Positions 24,495 through 38,265 of a DNA stretch of 64,000 bases are shown here, piece by piece; within the stretch, counting starts at the first letter, position 1; every line of letters begins with the position of its first letter. Below the pieces are notes generated by a model, which saw nothing but the letters and a program-made list of their open reading frames with translations, was not told where the DNA came from and did no database searches. Origin of the DNA: Amphiscolops sp. MND2022 (Eukaryota); NCBI GenBank assembly GCA_964187785.1, contig OZ076409.1, positions 82,090,001 through 82,154,000 of the forward strand, given 5' to 3'. The translations under genes were made by a program, and so were the position numbers.

Positions 24495-26132
24495 TTAAAA
24501 CTGAGAGTCATCGTAAACGACAGAAAATGAAGCCGGACTTCCGGTCGGCTGCAGCCAGTTCAGTTTGGACCATTCAGATTTGTGTGTCTCGGTCACGTGA
24601 AAAGTGAATGCATCTCGCGGGTGATCAGAGGTGTTTTTCTCACTCTTGTGCTGTACTGCCTTGTCTATCAGCACAAGGTCGCCGGCATTGACCTCCACGG
24701 CCACAAATTTTGACTCATCAACATCCTGCCATGTCCCAGAGATAAAATAAATATTTTGAAACAACTTGTATGTTTTTGTAATGTTTCTTCTGAAAATTGA
24801 CTGGTTAACTTTTGCAAAATGATAGCTTTGAAAAATGGAAGAATTTTGAATGAAATGAAAGTTGAATTGAACTAAAGTCGATCAGAATGCTACGTTTTGG
24901 AACTGACGTTCAATTCCATTGAAAATTATGGTCATGATCTTGAAAAAATGAAGTAATTTATTTAGAAGTTTCAACCTAGAAAATGGATGCCGATGCTTGC
25001 CGTTTGCACCTCAGAACATTTCTGCTATAGAACATAAATCGAGTTTCTCAAAATTTCAATGGAATTTGTCGAAAATCATCAGTTTTCATCCCTGGTGGTT
25101 CTTTAGTGCCATAGTTTGGAAACCAGATTCTGGGGTCCTCTCGAAGAAGGTTGTGATTGGTTGTTTGTGGGAGCCTGGGATGAACCAAAGACAGCCGTTA
25201 GTAACAGTGGCGTTTTCCAGGGGTATCCATAGACCAACCACATTGCCCGTGGACATAAGGAAGGTCCCGTCTGTATGTGGTCTCACTGCCCCGCCCACTT
25301 TTGCTCTCTTGAAAATGTACATGCTCTGACAGATTGCGGGTTTCACGCACCCAAGACTCCTGAAATGCTACACTTTGACCTTTATTGTCCTTTGACCTTT
25401 ACTTCTGACCTTTGCTGTACTGTATATTAACGTTGATATTAACTGCATCGTTTAAAACCAAACCTGAAACATTATCACGCTTGAAGTTTGGGAAAGTATT
25501 CGTCTATGATTTGATTGAAAATTTGGAAGAAATGCCACCTGGATCTAGATTATGCGTGAATATTTCACGAGGAATTCAGATCAAAGGCTGTTTTTAGGTT
25601 AAAGAATCTGACCTCAAAGCAAAGGCTGAAAAATTCCCACAAGTTTCATTAATTTTGTGTCCAAGATGAGGTCTTTTGCTATTGTTTCACTAGCTGTCTT
25701 TTTACTTTAGCTGAGCGCATCTAGGCGTTTATAATGATGATATAAAATTAATTGGCTTTTTTATGTGGTCATTGCTCAAAATACGAACCGTAGAATTTTT
25801 TGAACCCCATCGTTTTTGAGGGAAAGACTGGTGAATACCTCGTTCCAATAGTGCAGAGCGTGACCTATTTTGTTCAGCGGTCGTTCTCCGTTTGTAGGGT
25901 CACTGTCGACTTCTTCCTCATAGAAGAAGCGGATTTTGTCACCACTCTCCATAAAATACTTCTCCTTGTTTTGGCCGCCATCAATTATGGCAGCGTTAAA
26001 AACTGACCCCTTGTCACCTTTGGCGTGACCCTCCGAGATAATTTGCCCGATCTCTGTCTTCAGTTTCTGACATTCATCGAGAGAATAAAATCCAGGAACA
26101 ACCAGATAGCCGTTCTTCTGGAACTGATCCAT
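24495..26132 (-). CDS. PHYHD1: PHYHD1-like dioxygenase, duplicated copy lacking the first 7 codons. Exons: 26132-25789, 25359-~25098, ~24734-24495
   Basis: Same sequence as the 28044-29699 copy with a few substitutions; the junction creates a new ATG. Confidence 0.7.
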
Positions 26133-27353
26133 GATGCGATTTTTATTGTTTATTTGTAACAAGCACTTTGCGAAGTGATCCAATTCCAAATTGACGTCGT
26201 TATGCCGATGATTGATGAAGAGTTAAATTCTTATTAATTTTGCAGTTCGTGATTCATTTAATCCCAATAGATTATTCAATTTGAGTGCAATAAAGTCGTT
26301 GAAATGTTGATGGAATTAATTGATATTAATGTAAAGTTAATTGTCATTGCTACTTAAAATTATTGTTGCCCTAATTAACATTAATATGTCAAAATTTTAC
26401 TAAATGGAAATTGAGTGCCCTCATCCACTAATCAACTCTTATTCTCTTAGCATCATCGAATATTTCAAGCAAAAAATAATAGTCAAAACTTTGCTCAAGT
26501 CAAAATTTAAAATCAGGTATTAGTTGTTCACGTCAGCGTCATCTCAGTGTCGAGTTTCTTACAAACCAATGCAGTAAAACAGGGAAATATTTCCGGTTTG
26601 ACAGACTGAAGTAATGTCTAACTTCCTGATTGGGAGGAAACAAAATGACGCCGGAATGAAATGATATGATCATGTTTGGTAACTAATATTGGATCAAAAT
26701 TGCCGTGCCTTAAAATTTGACGGAATGTAGACGCAACTTCGGGATCATAGTGATTTTTTCATCGAAAATACAGGAAATGACTAATTATTCGAGGAAAATT
26801 AGGGATTTACTCGTGATCAAGTGATGCTAAGAGGGTATAAATATAATACATTTTAATTGTTGAGGGACTCAGTGTTTTCATCTTGCTATAAAATATTGTG
26901 CAATTTGTCTTTGCTCTTAAAGCCCTAATATCAAATTTGTTGAAAAATACAGCTCAAAAGTCAATTAGAAAATCCAAAATAGAACCTTTTCTTCCAAAGA
27001 TGTCGACAACAAGAAGCCAAAAGTGAAAGAACATCCAACAGGAGAGCACCGAAAGTGTAAGTGAAGGCTTAGTTTCACCGATAATTGTGGAAAACGTTTA
27101 TCACTCAGAACAAGACGTAAACATTGCAAAATCCCCAGAGTTGAAAACAGTCTTCTTGAAAGTTTGAGAATTTCTTTGAACTTCTGAAATCAAGAATCTC
27201 TTTAACGAGGCCCAGAAAGAAATGTTGAAACTGTTGAAACCTAAGGAAATGTCGAAGGAGAACCGGAAAATGAAACTAGGAGTTTTTACACTCCTACGAA
27301 ATTTGTTAGAATAAACTCAACTCAAAACGACGATCCTAGCACAAGTCGTAACA
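26127..27353 (+). mobile_element. Partial LTR copy created by the tandem duplication
   Basis: Matches 22590-23816 and ends in GTCGTAACA. Confidence 0.85.
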
Positions 27354-28043
27354 TTCGAATGTAAAGAAAATCACCAATGAAAGTAATCCATGATTCAAAT
27401 GTAATGCCATCGAAAAGTCATGAAAAGAGCCATGATGGTCAACCTGGATTTTTTCAAGTTTTTTTGTAGTACAGACCAAAAATTCTAGTATAAAATCCAA
27501 AAAATCAAGTTGTTTCAAATAGCCTCTTCGTAGTTCTAAGGCCCACAACGTTTGTTTGGTGTGGTACCAGTTTAGTATCTTTTCAACTCACCGTTGTTGC
27601 AATCATGGTCCTTGAGAAGCTATCTTTCCGTGCACTATCTTTCTAAATTTTTCATTCGTAGCCTAGAAGTGAGCAGTTGGACCTGAGTGATCTTGAGCAA
27701 GTCAGTTTGAAACTTCAAATCGGGAAATAGGGAAGAGAGCTTTTTTGTTTTCGGGAACTGAAGAAATCTATTCTCTTTTGTAATGTAGCTACTAAGTACT
27801 AAAGACATACTAAGTACTGATCGAAAAATTCAAATATAGATCTTCAACCTGTCAAAAATATTCGAGCATTTTGCATAATAGGGGGTTGATGAGCTTCTCA
27901 ATTTCAAGTTTTTGGGGTTTCATCATAAGTTGTTTTTCCAGACAAAATAACAAAGCCTACTTGTAAAATAAGGTCGATAAGAATTTTCAAAATTAGGACT
28001 GGGTGAAAAATTAAATTTGACCATTTGTTGATTCAAAATTAGA

Positions 28044-29699
28044 TTAAAACTGAGAGTCATCGTAAACGACAGAAAATGAAGCCGGACTTCCGGTCGGCTG
28101 CAGCCAGTTCAGTTTGGACCATTCAGATTTGTGTGTCTCGATCACGTGAAAAGTGAATGCATCTCGCGGGTGATCAGATGTGTTTTTCTCACTCTTGTGC
28201 TGTACTGCCTTGTCTATCAGCACAAGGTCGCCGGCATTGACCTCCACGGCCACAAATTTTGACTCATCAACATCCTGCCATGTCCCAGAGATAAAATAAA
28301 TATTTTGAAACAACTTGTATGTTTTTGTAATGTTTCTTCTGAAAATTGACTGGTTAACTTTTGCAAAATGATAGCTTTGAAAAATGGAAGAATTTTGAAT
28401 GAAATGAAAGTTGAATTGAACTAAAGTCGATCAGAATGCTACGTTTTGGAACTGACGTTCAATTCCATTGAAAATTATGGTCATGATCTTGAAAAAATGA
28501 AGTAATTTATTTAGAAGTTTCAACCTAGAAAATGGATGCCGATGCTTGCCGTTTGCACCTCAGAACATTTCTGCTATAGAACATAAATCGAGTTTCTCAA
28601 AATTTCAATGGAATTTGTCGAAAATCATCAGTTTTCATCCCTGGTGGTTCTTTAGTGCCATAGTTTGGAAACCAGATTCTGGGGTCCTCTCGAAGAAGGT
28701 TGTGATTGGTTGTTTGTGGGAGCCTGGGATGAACCAAAGACAGCCGTTAGTAACAGTGGCGTTTTCCAGGGGTATCCATAGACCAACCACATTGCCCGTG
28801 GACATAAGGAAGGTCCCGTCTGTATGTGGTCTCACTGCCCCGCCCACTTTTGCTCTCTTGAAAATGTACATGCTCTGACAGATTGCGGGTTTCACGCACC
28901 CAAGACTCCTGAAATGCTACACTTTGACCTTTATTGTCCTTTGACCTTTACTTCTGACCTTTGCTGTACTGTATATTAACGTTGATATTAACTGCATCTT
29001 TTAAAACCAAACCTGAAACATTATCACGCTTGAAGTTTGGGAAAGTATTCGTCTATGATTTGATTGAAAATTTGGAAGAAATGCCACCTGGATCTAGATT
29101 ATGCGTGAATATTTCACGAGGAATTCAGATCAAAGGCTGTTTTTAGGTTAAAGAATCTGACCTCAAAGCAAAGGCTGACAAATTCCCACAAGTTTCATTA
29201 ATTTTGTGTCCAAGATGAGGTCTTTTGCTATTGTTTCACTAGCTGTCTTTTTACTTTAGCTGAGCGCATCTAGGCGTTTATAATGATGATATAAAATTAA
29301 TTGGCTTTATGTGGTCATTGCTCAAAATACGAACCGTAGAATTTTTTGAACCCCATCGTTTTTGAGGGAAAGACTGGAAAATACCTCGTTCCAATAGTGC
29401 AGAGCGTGACCTATTTTGTTCAGGGGTCGTTCTCCGTTTGTAGGGTCACTGTCGACTTCTTCCTCATAGAAGAAGCGGATTTTGTCACCACTCTCCATAA
29501 AATACTTCTCCTTGTTTTGGCCGCCATCAATTATGGCAGCGTTAAAAACTGACCCCTTGTCACCTTTGGCGTGACCCTCCGAGATAATTTGCCCGATCTC
29601 TGCCTTCAGTTTCCGACATTCATCCAGAGAATAAAATCCAGGAACAACCAGATAGCCGTTCTTCTGGAACTGATCCAGCTGTTCATTGGATAACTTCAT
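28044..29699 (-). CDS. PHYHD1: Phytanoyl-CoA dioxygenase domain-containing protein 1-like (Fe/2OG, PhyH family). Exons: 29699-29335, 28908-~28647, ~28283-28044
   Basis: Motifs SGDKIRFF, NKIGHALH, QSMYIFK, PHTD (HxD), NGCLWFIPGSH, VQHKS and NWLQP; intron 1 is GT-AG phase 2; boundaries of the second interruption are uncertain. Confidence 0.85.
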
Positions 29700-31052
29700 C
29701 TAGAAAACTTCGGAAGGAAATTTAATTTAGATTTAGGTATTCGAACAAAACGAGGAACAGTAAGTTGGATAGGAATAAACAAGCAAAGAAATTTTAGCTA
29801 ATCGTGTTTAAATAGAGATGAACGTATCAAACCAATATGAAACTGATAGCAATTCAACTTGCTCAGAAGTTGTCAACGATAATGTTCTGCCGAACAAAAG
29901 TTTCTTCACATTTGATACGCACTTCAATTACCGAGTTATTGAAGGTTAATTTATTTGGATACTAAATATGCATAAGTATACATGTTTATTGGGTAGCTTT
30001 ATAATGATAAATTGCTCCCGTGAGGAGGGCGATAGATTGGCTTTCAGTCAAACAAATTATGGTGATATGGCCAAAATTGTATGATAACAGATCAATGACG
30101 GTTTCTGAACTTATAGACAACGCCCCCAGTTCAAATTCGGCAAGAAGTGGTCAACTATTGACCACCAGTTGCCAAGAACTTTATGCAATTATTATTAGAT
30201 GAACCAAAAAACGGACCGCATAAAAATCTTGAGTTATTTTTTCGAAAGATTGACAGAAACTTCGACGTGCTACTTGTAGGTGAACAAAAACGTTTTCGAG
30301 CTATCAAAGTTCCAAAACAACTTTAAACGCTGCATTTCAGCTTGTCAATCATTCAAATTGACAAACGTTTTTCGAAGTGATAGAGCTTTGACACACACGA
30401 CTGGTATAGACGTCTAGAATTTTACTGAGTGTTTGAATCATTCTTCGTTGAAGACTGGATTACGTAATGAGAGATCCCAATTTGAATGATTGACTGGACA
30501 ATTTTCACAGCCGTTGTTACAAATATTTCAAATTTGAAGGCAAAATTTATGTGCTTTCCGTTTTCTTTGGTTCACTTAGTTGTAAATGTCTGAAAATCCG
30601 TGAAAGGTCTTAGTATGTTGATTCCTAGCATGAAATATGTTCAAACGATACTCTTTTACAGTTGCAACGGCTAGAAATGGCCTTTGTATGGGAAAATCAG
30701 TAGCCAACAGAAATGAGACTCGACGCTGTTTGAGTTTAAAAGGCACTTTCAAAACAAAAATTCAGTTTCAAAAGGACTTTTCCCGTTTGTTGCTAACGAA
30801 ATTTATATAGAATTTTTTCGAAAATGCCTCATTTTTAGGTGTCGGAAAAGTTTTTGACTACTTATGCATTCGTACTTATTCTCTCGATCTTCCATTGAAA
30901 TTTCATATTTCTCAAAAACATTACATACAATTTTTTATAAAAGTTACCTCAGACATTTTGCACCCAAAGGTGCTCGCTCCTGCGTGTGCAATGACATCAA
31001 ACTAGTATGACTTGGATCTGAAATACATGACCACAATTAGTCCAAAAACAAA

Positions 31053-31425
31053 AACAAGACGCCCGCTATGCACCGGGATATTTTCCGCCTTCAATTGGCT
31101 AACTACAGACGCTTAATCAAAAAATTACTCCTCCTTGGTAAAACGCGATTACTTCGGATATAACGTCAAAATTCGGATATAGCGCAATTATTTCGAACCT
31201 CTGCCTACTCCTGGGTAAAACGCAACTTACTTCGCAAATAGCGTGCTGGTAGAAATGGGAGTAAGTAACTACATGTGAGTAGGTATTTGTGAGTAAGTAC
31301 ATGTGAGTAAGTACAGGTGAGTAAGTAAATGGAGCAAGTATAAAATGGAGATTTGGCAGAATTTGGAAAAAAACGCAACACAGATCATGATTTTTATCCC
31401 CCATTTATGTGGGCGAAAAATAATA
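31053..31425 (-). mobile_element. Helentron/DINE-like non-autonomous element, family 2 (with internal insertion)
   Basis: Reverse complement of both ends of 40550-40794. Confidence 0.6.
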
Positions 31426-34400
31426 ACCACCCTAGTTTAATTTGCTTAAACTTTTTGCATGTACTTTAATGTTGCAAGCAACTTTGATTATGATTTTGTA
31501 AAACTCTTACGGAAACATTCATGCGAAAATATTTCCCTGTTGTACTTAACGTTTATCAAGCTGATCGAAAAATTCATCAACGTTTTAGCGGCGATTTTGA
31601 GCGTTGAAGTTTTGCAGGTTTCATTAGGCAGCAGCTATAATTTTAAAAGCAAATAAATCGCTATCAATTTTTTTGCTAATTTATTGCAAAATAACTTCTG
31701 TCGTGTAATAAACTGCAAATTAGCGTCACGTTCAGCGTGCTATATGAGAAGCGGTGATCACATCAGATGAGTAGTTGAGAAAACAAAGTGGAATACAAAC
31801 TGATCGTGTCGGTAATGTAGTGGAATTTATTTTCAACTTCAATTGCAGGAGTGGAAAATGCAGTGTAATTGTCCTTGATTTACCACTCAAAGTTCGCTGA
31901 ATTTCTAGGTTTTATAAAAAATTACCCTGCATGCAGGCCTGCAGCATGTAAAAAGTTCCTACAGTTTCAACTATGGCAAATGACACTAAACTACGTAATT
32001 TATTTTTCAATATGTTAATCTGTTTCCGTCTTCTATACAGCACATACGGCTCTGGTTTGAAGTTATCCTTTTAACTTCGCAAAAACTGCTTCAACGAACA
32101 AGACCGTACCGTCTAAATTCGGCTCCCCGTTCAAAGCTCAAAAAACGCAAAGTCTATTAGGAATGGCCAGGATGGCTTTTAGGAAATTATCGTTTTTTAC
32201 ACCGGCAAAGTATCTGAATTGACGAAAAAGGTCTCGAAAAAGGCTTTTATCTTGATGAAAAGATCAAAAATTGGCCAAATTGAAGAAATAAAAGAACTTT
32301 CGAGCAGTCGCGCAGTGGCGAAAAACCCGAAGATGAGAAACTTTAGGCTTGAAAAACTTCTTTTTGGAAGTTGAGACACGGGAAAAACCGAAGGGGGACA
32401 TTTGGTGAAGGAAAAAATTTCCTAAATTTTTAGCAGAGTGCTGAAATAGCCAAAATGGGGAGGTGGGGAAGTTTTGATATGTCAACGTTTGCAAACTTCT
32501 CAAAATAAATTATGGGTCAGTGTCAGTGTAGCCAAAAAGACATTTCGCCAAATCAAATCCCTTACACAAATTGAAATCGTATATATCAAACATTCGACCA
32601 AAATGGCATCAATAATTTGAAACAGTCAATTAAAGCGACAATACTGTCTTTTAGACACAAATACTTGATTTAGAAGTAATGTTTAGGAAGTAACCCATAG
32701 CAAAATCTTCGGAAGTTAAAGCTTACAGATGCTCAATTTGGATAGTTTCGAGCTCCGATTTTGTTTCGGACCCTTCAAAGAGAAAAATTATTTCATTTGG
32801 GTTCACCTTTATCTCAAGCAAAAACTCCTTTCTAGGTCACTTACAAAAACGGAATAGCATGATACTCTTCGAAAACAAAATTTTTTTTGATCACTGGCGC
32901 GATTGAACTCACAACCTCCTGCTTTGGAAGCACGAACTGCTTCACTAAACCCCAGTCCAAGTGAACGAAACTTTGCCTATTTTTAGACTGAACTAGGAAC
33001 ATAAGTTCTGGATAGATATTTCGAAAAAAAAACAGGCAACTGATGCTAAGCATTTGGGTTCTTTCGTATTTTGGATTCGAATTTGTCCAATTGGGAGCCA
33101 AGTTGACCAGTATAATCCAGTATAATGGTGAACCATACTAAGTCATATTATGATCATGATACAAAATGATCACCTAAGTCTGATCACAATATGTTTTTAC
33201 TAGGATCAGCAAGCAATGACCATAATCATAGTATGACTGAGCGTGTTAGAAATTTGTGAAAAGTTCGATGTAACCTGTCAGCGTTTACTATGAAACGGGC
33301 CAGCGATAATCATTCATTAATGGGCCAGCAAGAAAGTGTTAATTTTGCCTAGGAAAGCAGAACAAATTTCAAAACCTACTATCTAACCCCTATGATCTAA
33401 CAATTTGACATGCTCAAGATCTAAATTGGTGAAACTGTCCTAAACCTAAGATCAATTTAATGAATATAAACTTTCCTTGGAATTTTTCGCTAGCACCCTT
33501 TCTTAGTTTTAGGCCAGGCGTATGCCAAAATTCCAGATCTTAGGCGTTAGATCTTTTTCAATTTTGGAATTTAGGCGTTAGATCCTAGCAGCGTCTTCCA
33601 ACTTTTATCACGAAAAAACAAAAAAATACCGCGCATTGGTTGAGAATCAGCGAGCCCGCAATTTTTTTAAGGCTCCTGAAGTGTCCATGCTTGACGATCT
33701 ACCCTTATTTTTGTTCTTTTTGAATACTATGAAGCATCGTAGTCATTATGAGGTCTTGGTATGATCATGATCATGAATTGTTTTCTTCAAGTTTCCGAAA
33801 AGTATTTACGGGCTCTTTCGAAGTATTTTGGTCCAGGTTGTGAACTTTGAGCCTTTTTGGTTGCAAGCTATCTTTGTGTGTCCTGTGTTGATGTTCAATT
33901 TTCTATTTAAAATAATGGGAATGTCACATTCAGTCACTCGTTTGAATTTTTCACAGAACTTTCTATGACTATAGAGCTTTTTTCCGCAGGAGTTTTAGAT
34001 AATGAAGTTGTAATTTTTTAGATTCAAATTGCCGAGGAATTGCATTCTGTTAGAAAACCGCCTTTCTTCAATTTTGTTTACGTTTCTAGCTTTCAAACAA
34101 GGTTTCTCCGAAAGATGAAGTCGGTTGAAATGATTATGCGTTTTTTTATTGTCGAGATTTTGATAGTTTTCGAAAACATTTCTCTCAACATTTTTTTCTC
34201 AATTTTTGGCAATGGTCGCTGTGGAAAAACAGCATGTAGGTTATTCTAAGTGTTGTTTTATTCAAGGTTTTGTTCTGAAATACTCATTCTGAAATAGCAA
34301 AAAAAGTCGTGTTTTTACTTACTTAATGATATTTCTCCATTTCCATACCACGCGATACCTTTCAAAAAATTTTACTATTTGTACATTGAAGCCAGTGAGA

Positions 34401-34447
34401 TTTTTTTCAAATTATCTCCTATTTCTGAGCAACTATCGGCGTTCAAA

Positions 34448-37400
34448 TGTGGTGACGACATCGTCACTTGTTGTTATTCGGTAAACATCTACCGTTCGTT
34501 ACCGAAGAAGCTACTTCAATTTCATTGGTTCCGAGGTTCGGTTATATAACACCGAAGAATAGAAACTTTCAATATGCGTTACCGATGACCGGTGAAAGAA
34601 CTCAAGTAAACTCTTACATAATAGACTTGTATTTTAAGTAGTGTCAACTATTATTTTGAATACTATTTTACTGTATTGTACATACCATAATGAAATAAAA
34701 CGAAAACCTGAATTGAACTGATTAGAGAATAAAATCTTTTCCAACCATTTTACGACAAATGGTGTCCAGACCACCGAAATTCCTTCAAATTTGAAAATTG
34801 ATTGCAAAAGAAACAGAAGATTTCTTACCGTTATTTAATTTCAACCGAAAGGGAGAAGATTATATTCATTTCGTTCGGTGGACTTATCAAAATGCAAGCA
34901 ACGGAGACAAAAAAGCAACCTAATCTGCACGAACCCGAAGCTCCTCTAGCCTGGATAGATACATTCGAAGCAGGATGTCGGGCGGAAAAGAAAGCAGATG
35001 TACCGGCGGCTGGAACAATACCGGCCGATCTACAAGTAACGGATCAATTGTTTTTCCGTTGCGGTGTGGAAAGTCTTATGAAGTTCAAATCGCTTGTTGC
35101 ACCGACAAAAGTGGAAACAATGGCCTTGAAAGAAATTGAAACGATACTGGAAAATTAGCTGCAGCCGAGAGAAAGACTTGTTATTGCCGAACAAACAAAA
35201 TTCGAGGCTATTACCCAGAGTAACGGAGAATCATCGGGTGATTTTCTGGCACGTGTGAAGGAAGCAGCACGATATTGTGAGTTCGGTAATTTGAAAACTA
35301 TTGCTGACCCGGAAGCTTACATGATACGGTTACGCTTTATTACTGGATTACAAAACTCCGAACACAAATTAAAAGTGTTGGAACATCTTCAACAAAACCT
35401 GGACGCTACAATAAACGACATTTTGTTGTTTATTCAGCAGCGTGAACAAACAGTACAATTCGTGAACAAACAGAACGAACCGAATGAAACAGTTTCATTT
35501 GCCGTTAACGGTCAATTACGAATTACGGAAGAAAACAACCGGAAATGGCAAAATTTCTGCAGGCATCCACAACAAAGCGAAAGAATGCTCAAAATGCGGA
35601 ACGAAGCATGAACAAAGGAGTTGTCCGGCCTTCGGTAATTCCTGCAACAACTGCAAAAAGCCGAACCATTTCGCAAAAGTATGTGGGGTGAAGAAACAAA
35701 CAAACCATTTTGTTGGAAAAGAAGCCAATATTGAAAAAAAACAATGGCAGTACCTCCGATTGTTCGTATTTTATTGGGCACACCCGCTATATCAAGAATG
35801 GTACAATGGAGAAAATCAAAGTGAATGGTAAAGAAATACCAATGATGAAAGACACTGGAGCATCACTGACGCTGATTTCAAAAAAGCTGTGGAAGCAGAT
35901 TGGACAACCGAAACTTGAATGCAAGAACACGGGAATTGAAACCTATGACAAACATAAAATGAAATATCTTGGTGCTTTCTTCTCAACAGTGCTTTATAAT
36001 AACAAAGAGCTTAATGTAAGCATTGCTGTTGTTGATGCTGATAGAAATTTTGGCTTATTCGGACGTGGTATAATAAATTATAGCAAAGAGTCAATTGACC
36101 GGTTTTTCAAAGCAGAAGCATCCGAAAAGCTACCAACAGTGAAAGGTGCTAAAGCTTCCATTAAATTGAAACCCGATGCTAAACCAATGTTTTGCGCGGC
36201 ACGGAAGGTACCGTTGCCACTTGAACGGAAAGTCAATAAAACCATTGATGAATTACTGTTGTTGGGAATTCTGGAACCGGTTGAAGCCGGTGGTGTAGAT
36301 AATTGTTCCTCGGTTGTGTGGGTGAAAAAAGGTGATAAACTACGATTGTGTGCTGACCATAAAGTACATGTAAATAATTAAATTAGTATCGAAGCCTCTC
36401 GAAACTTGACATCGGCAGAATAGAATTACAGCAACATTGAACGGGAAAGGCTTGCTGTAGTATACGTAGTGACACGACTTCGACAATTTCTATTGAGGAA
36501 GAAGTTCACTTTGAGAACAGATCACAAGCCACTACAATATATCTTCAACCCGAGCAACCAGATACCGAAAGTTGTATCAGCGAGACTTGCCCGATGGGCA
36601 ATAACCCTGATGGCCTATGACTATGATGTACAATACACTCCCGGCCAAGATATTGGTCATGCCGATGCAATGTCACGCTTACGGTTCAAAGACGATGAAG
36701 ACGACTTAGTTGCGGTAGCAATGGCTACGTTTGATAAACCCGTGATTGATGACGAGAAGTTACGGAAAGAGATGCAATCGAATGAGTTCACAAAACGGAT
36801 GATGAACCGAATTCGAACCGGTAATTGGAAAAACTGTACCAAAACGGAGAAATCTTTCATGAATGTTTCAAATACATTAACAGTACAAAGTGACTTGATA
36901 TATAATGGATCGAGAGTTTTCATACCAACTGCATGCCGGAAACAAGTGATTGAAAAACTTCACGACGTCCATCAAGGAATCAATGCTTTGAAAAACTTGG
37001 TGAAAAATAATGCGTGGTAGCCGTTCATGGACAACGATATCGAACAATTTGTCAAAAACTGTCCCGAATGCAGCAAAAACCGACCGATACTGATTGATTC
37101 TTCTGACAAATGCAAAGAATGCGCTCCATGGGAAAGACTGCATATGGACTGGCTTTATGATGCAGAACACGGTAACATTCTGATCATTGCTGATGCTTGG
37201 TCCGGTTGGCTGGAAGCTTTCCCGTGCACTGACCGATCAACGCGGAACGTGGTCGGATGTCTCCGAACAATCTGTTCTCGATTTGGAATTCCATATACAG
37301 TTGTGTCCGATAACGGAAAGGAGTTTGTATCCAAAGACCTGAAAGACTGGATGGCAGCACAAGGATGCAAAAAGATTGACACACCTTTGTATTCACCGAG

Positions 37401-38265
37401 AAGCAATGGACTGGCCGAGAGAGCTGTTCAAACATTGAAAAGAAGCCTGAAATTTTACAATAAAGACATTGGTTGTTCACTGACTACTTATATTGATAAA
37501 GTTTTGTTCAGTCACAGAAATTCTTCCAATGCTAGAGGTGACACTCCAGCCAAATTGTTGCTTGGAAAAAATTTGAGAAACCCTGTTGTTGGATTTTATG
37601 AAGTTGGTGAAAAAGTGCTGTACAAACCCACTTCAAACCATGAGCCGAAAGAATTGACTTACATTGTCCGGAAAGGACGAAAAACAGCTTGGCTTCATGA
37701 CAACAACCGAACAATTTTGGCTAGTGACGGACAAATTGCACCGCTACCATCACCGAGCGATGTGAAAGTAGAACCTCAACCAAACATTGGACATAATGCT
37801 ATTCAAGATCCAGTCACCCCGAAGACTAGTAACGCTGATAACTTGAGTCCGGTGCTGACCGAAGAACATACCGCAGTAACCAATGATAGACCGATACGAT
37901 TACGAGCCCAAACCCAGAAGTATCAAGCAGGATTCGCATAAGGCAACTAAAAGGGACGTGGAGACGTCATCGTAACTTGTTGTTATTCGGTAAACATCTA
38001 CAGTTCGTTACCGAAGAAGCTACTTCGATTTCATTGGTTCCGAGGTTCGGTTATATAACACCGAAGAATAGAAACTTTCAATATGCGTTACCGATGACCG
38101 GTGAAACAACTCAAATAAAGTCTTACATAATAGACTTGTATTTTAAGTGGTGTCAACTATTATTTTGAATACTATTTAACTGTATTTTACGGATCATAAT
38201 GAAATGAAACGAAAACCTGAATTGAACTGATTATAGAATAAAATCTTTTCATACCACTTACGACA
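34448..38265 (+). mobile_element. Defective Ty3/Gypsy LTR retrotransposon with both LTRs (34448-34757; 37957-38265)
   Basis: ~310-bp direct LTRs ending in CA; 5-bp TSD TCAAA; PBS-like TGGTGTCC at 34760; PPT AAAAGGGA; gag CCHC knuckles; protease DTGAS; RNase H; integrase. Confidence 0.95.
34892..37941 (+). pseudogene. gag-pol of the Gypsy element, with stops, frameshifts and an internal RT deletion
   Basis: CSKCG..H...C and CNNCKKPNHFAKVC; DTGASL; RLCADHK; RTDHKPL; HADAMSR; HHCC; VSDNGKEF...SNGLAER. Confidence 0.9.

Larger units (their letters stand above)
22590..29677. repeat. Tandem segmental duplication, unit ~3.54 kb (22590-26126; 26127-29677)
   Basis: Near-identical copies; 5-bp junction microhomology ATCCA at 22590, 26127 and 29673. 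Confidence 0.95.
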
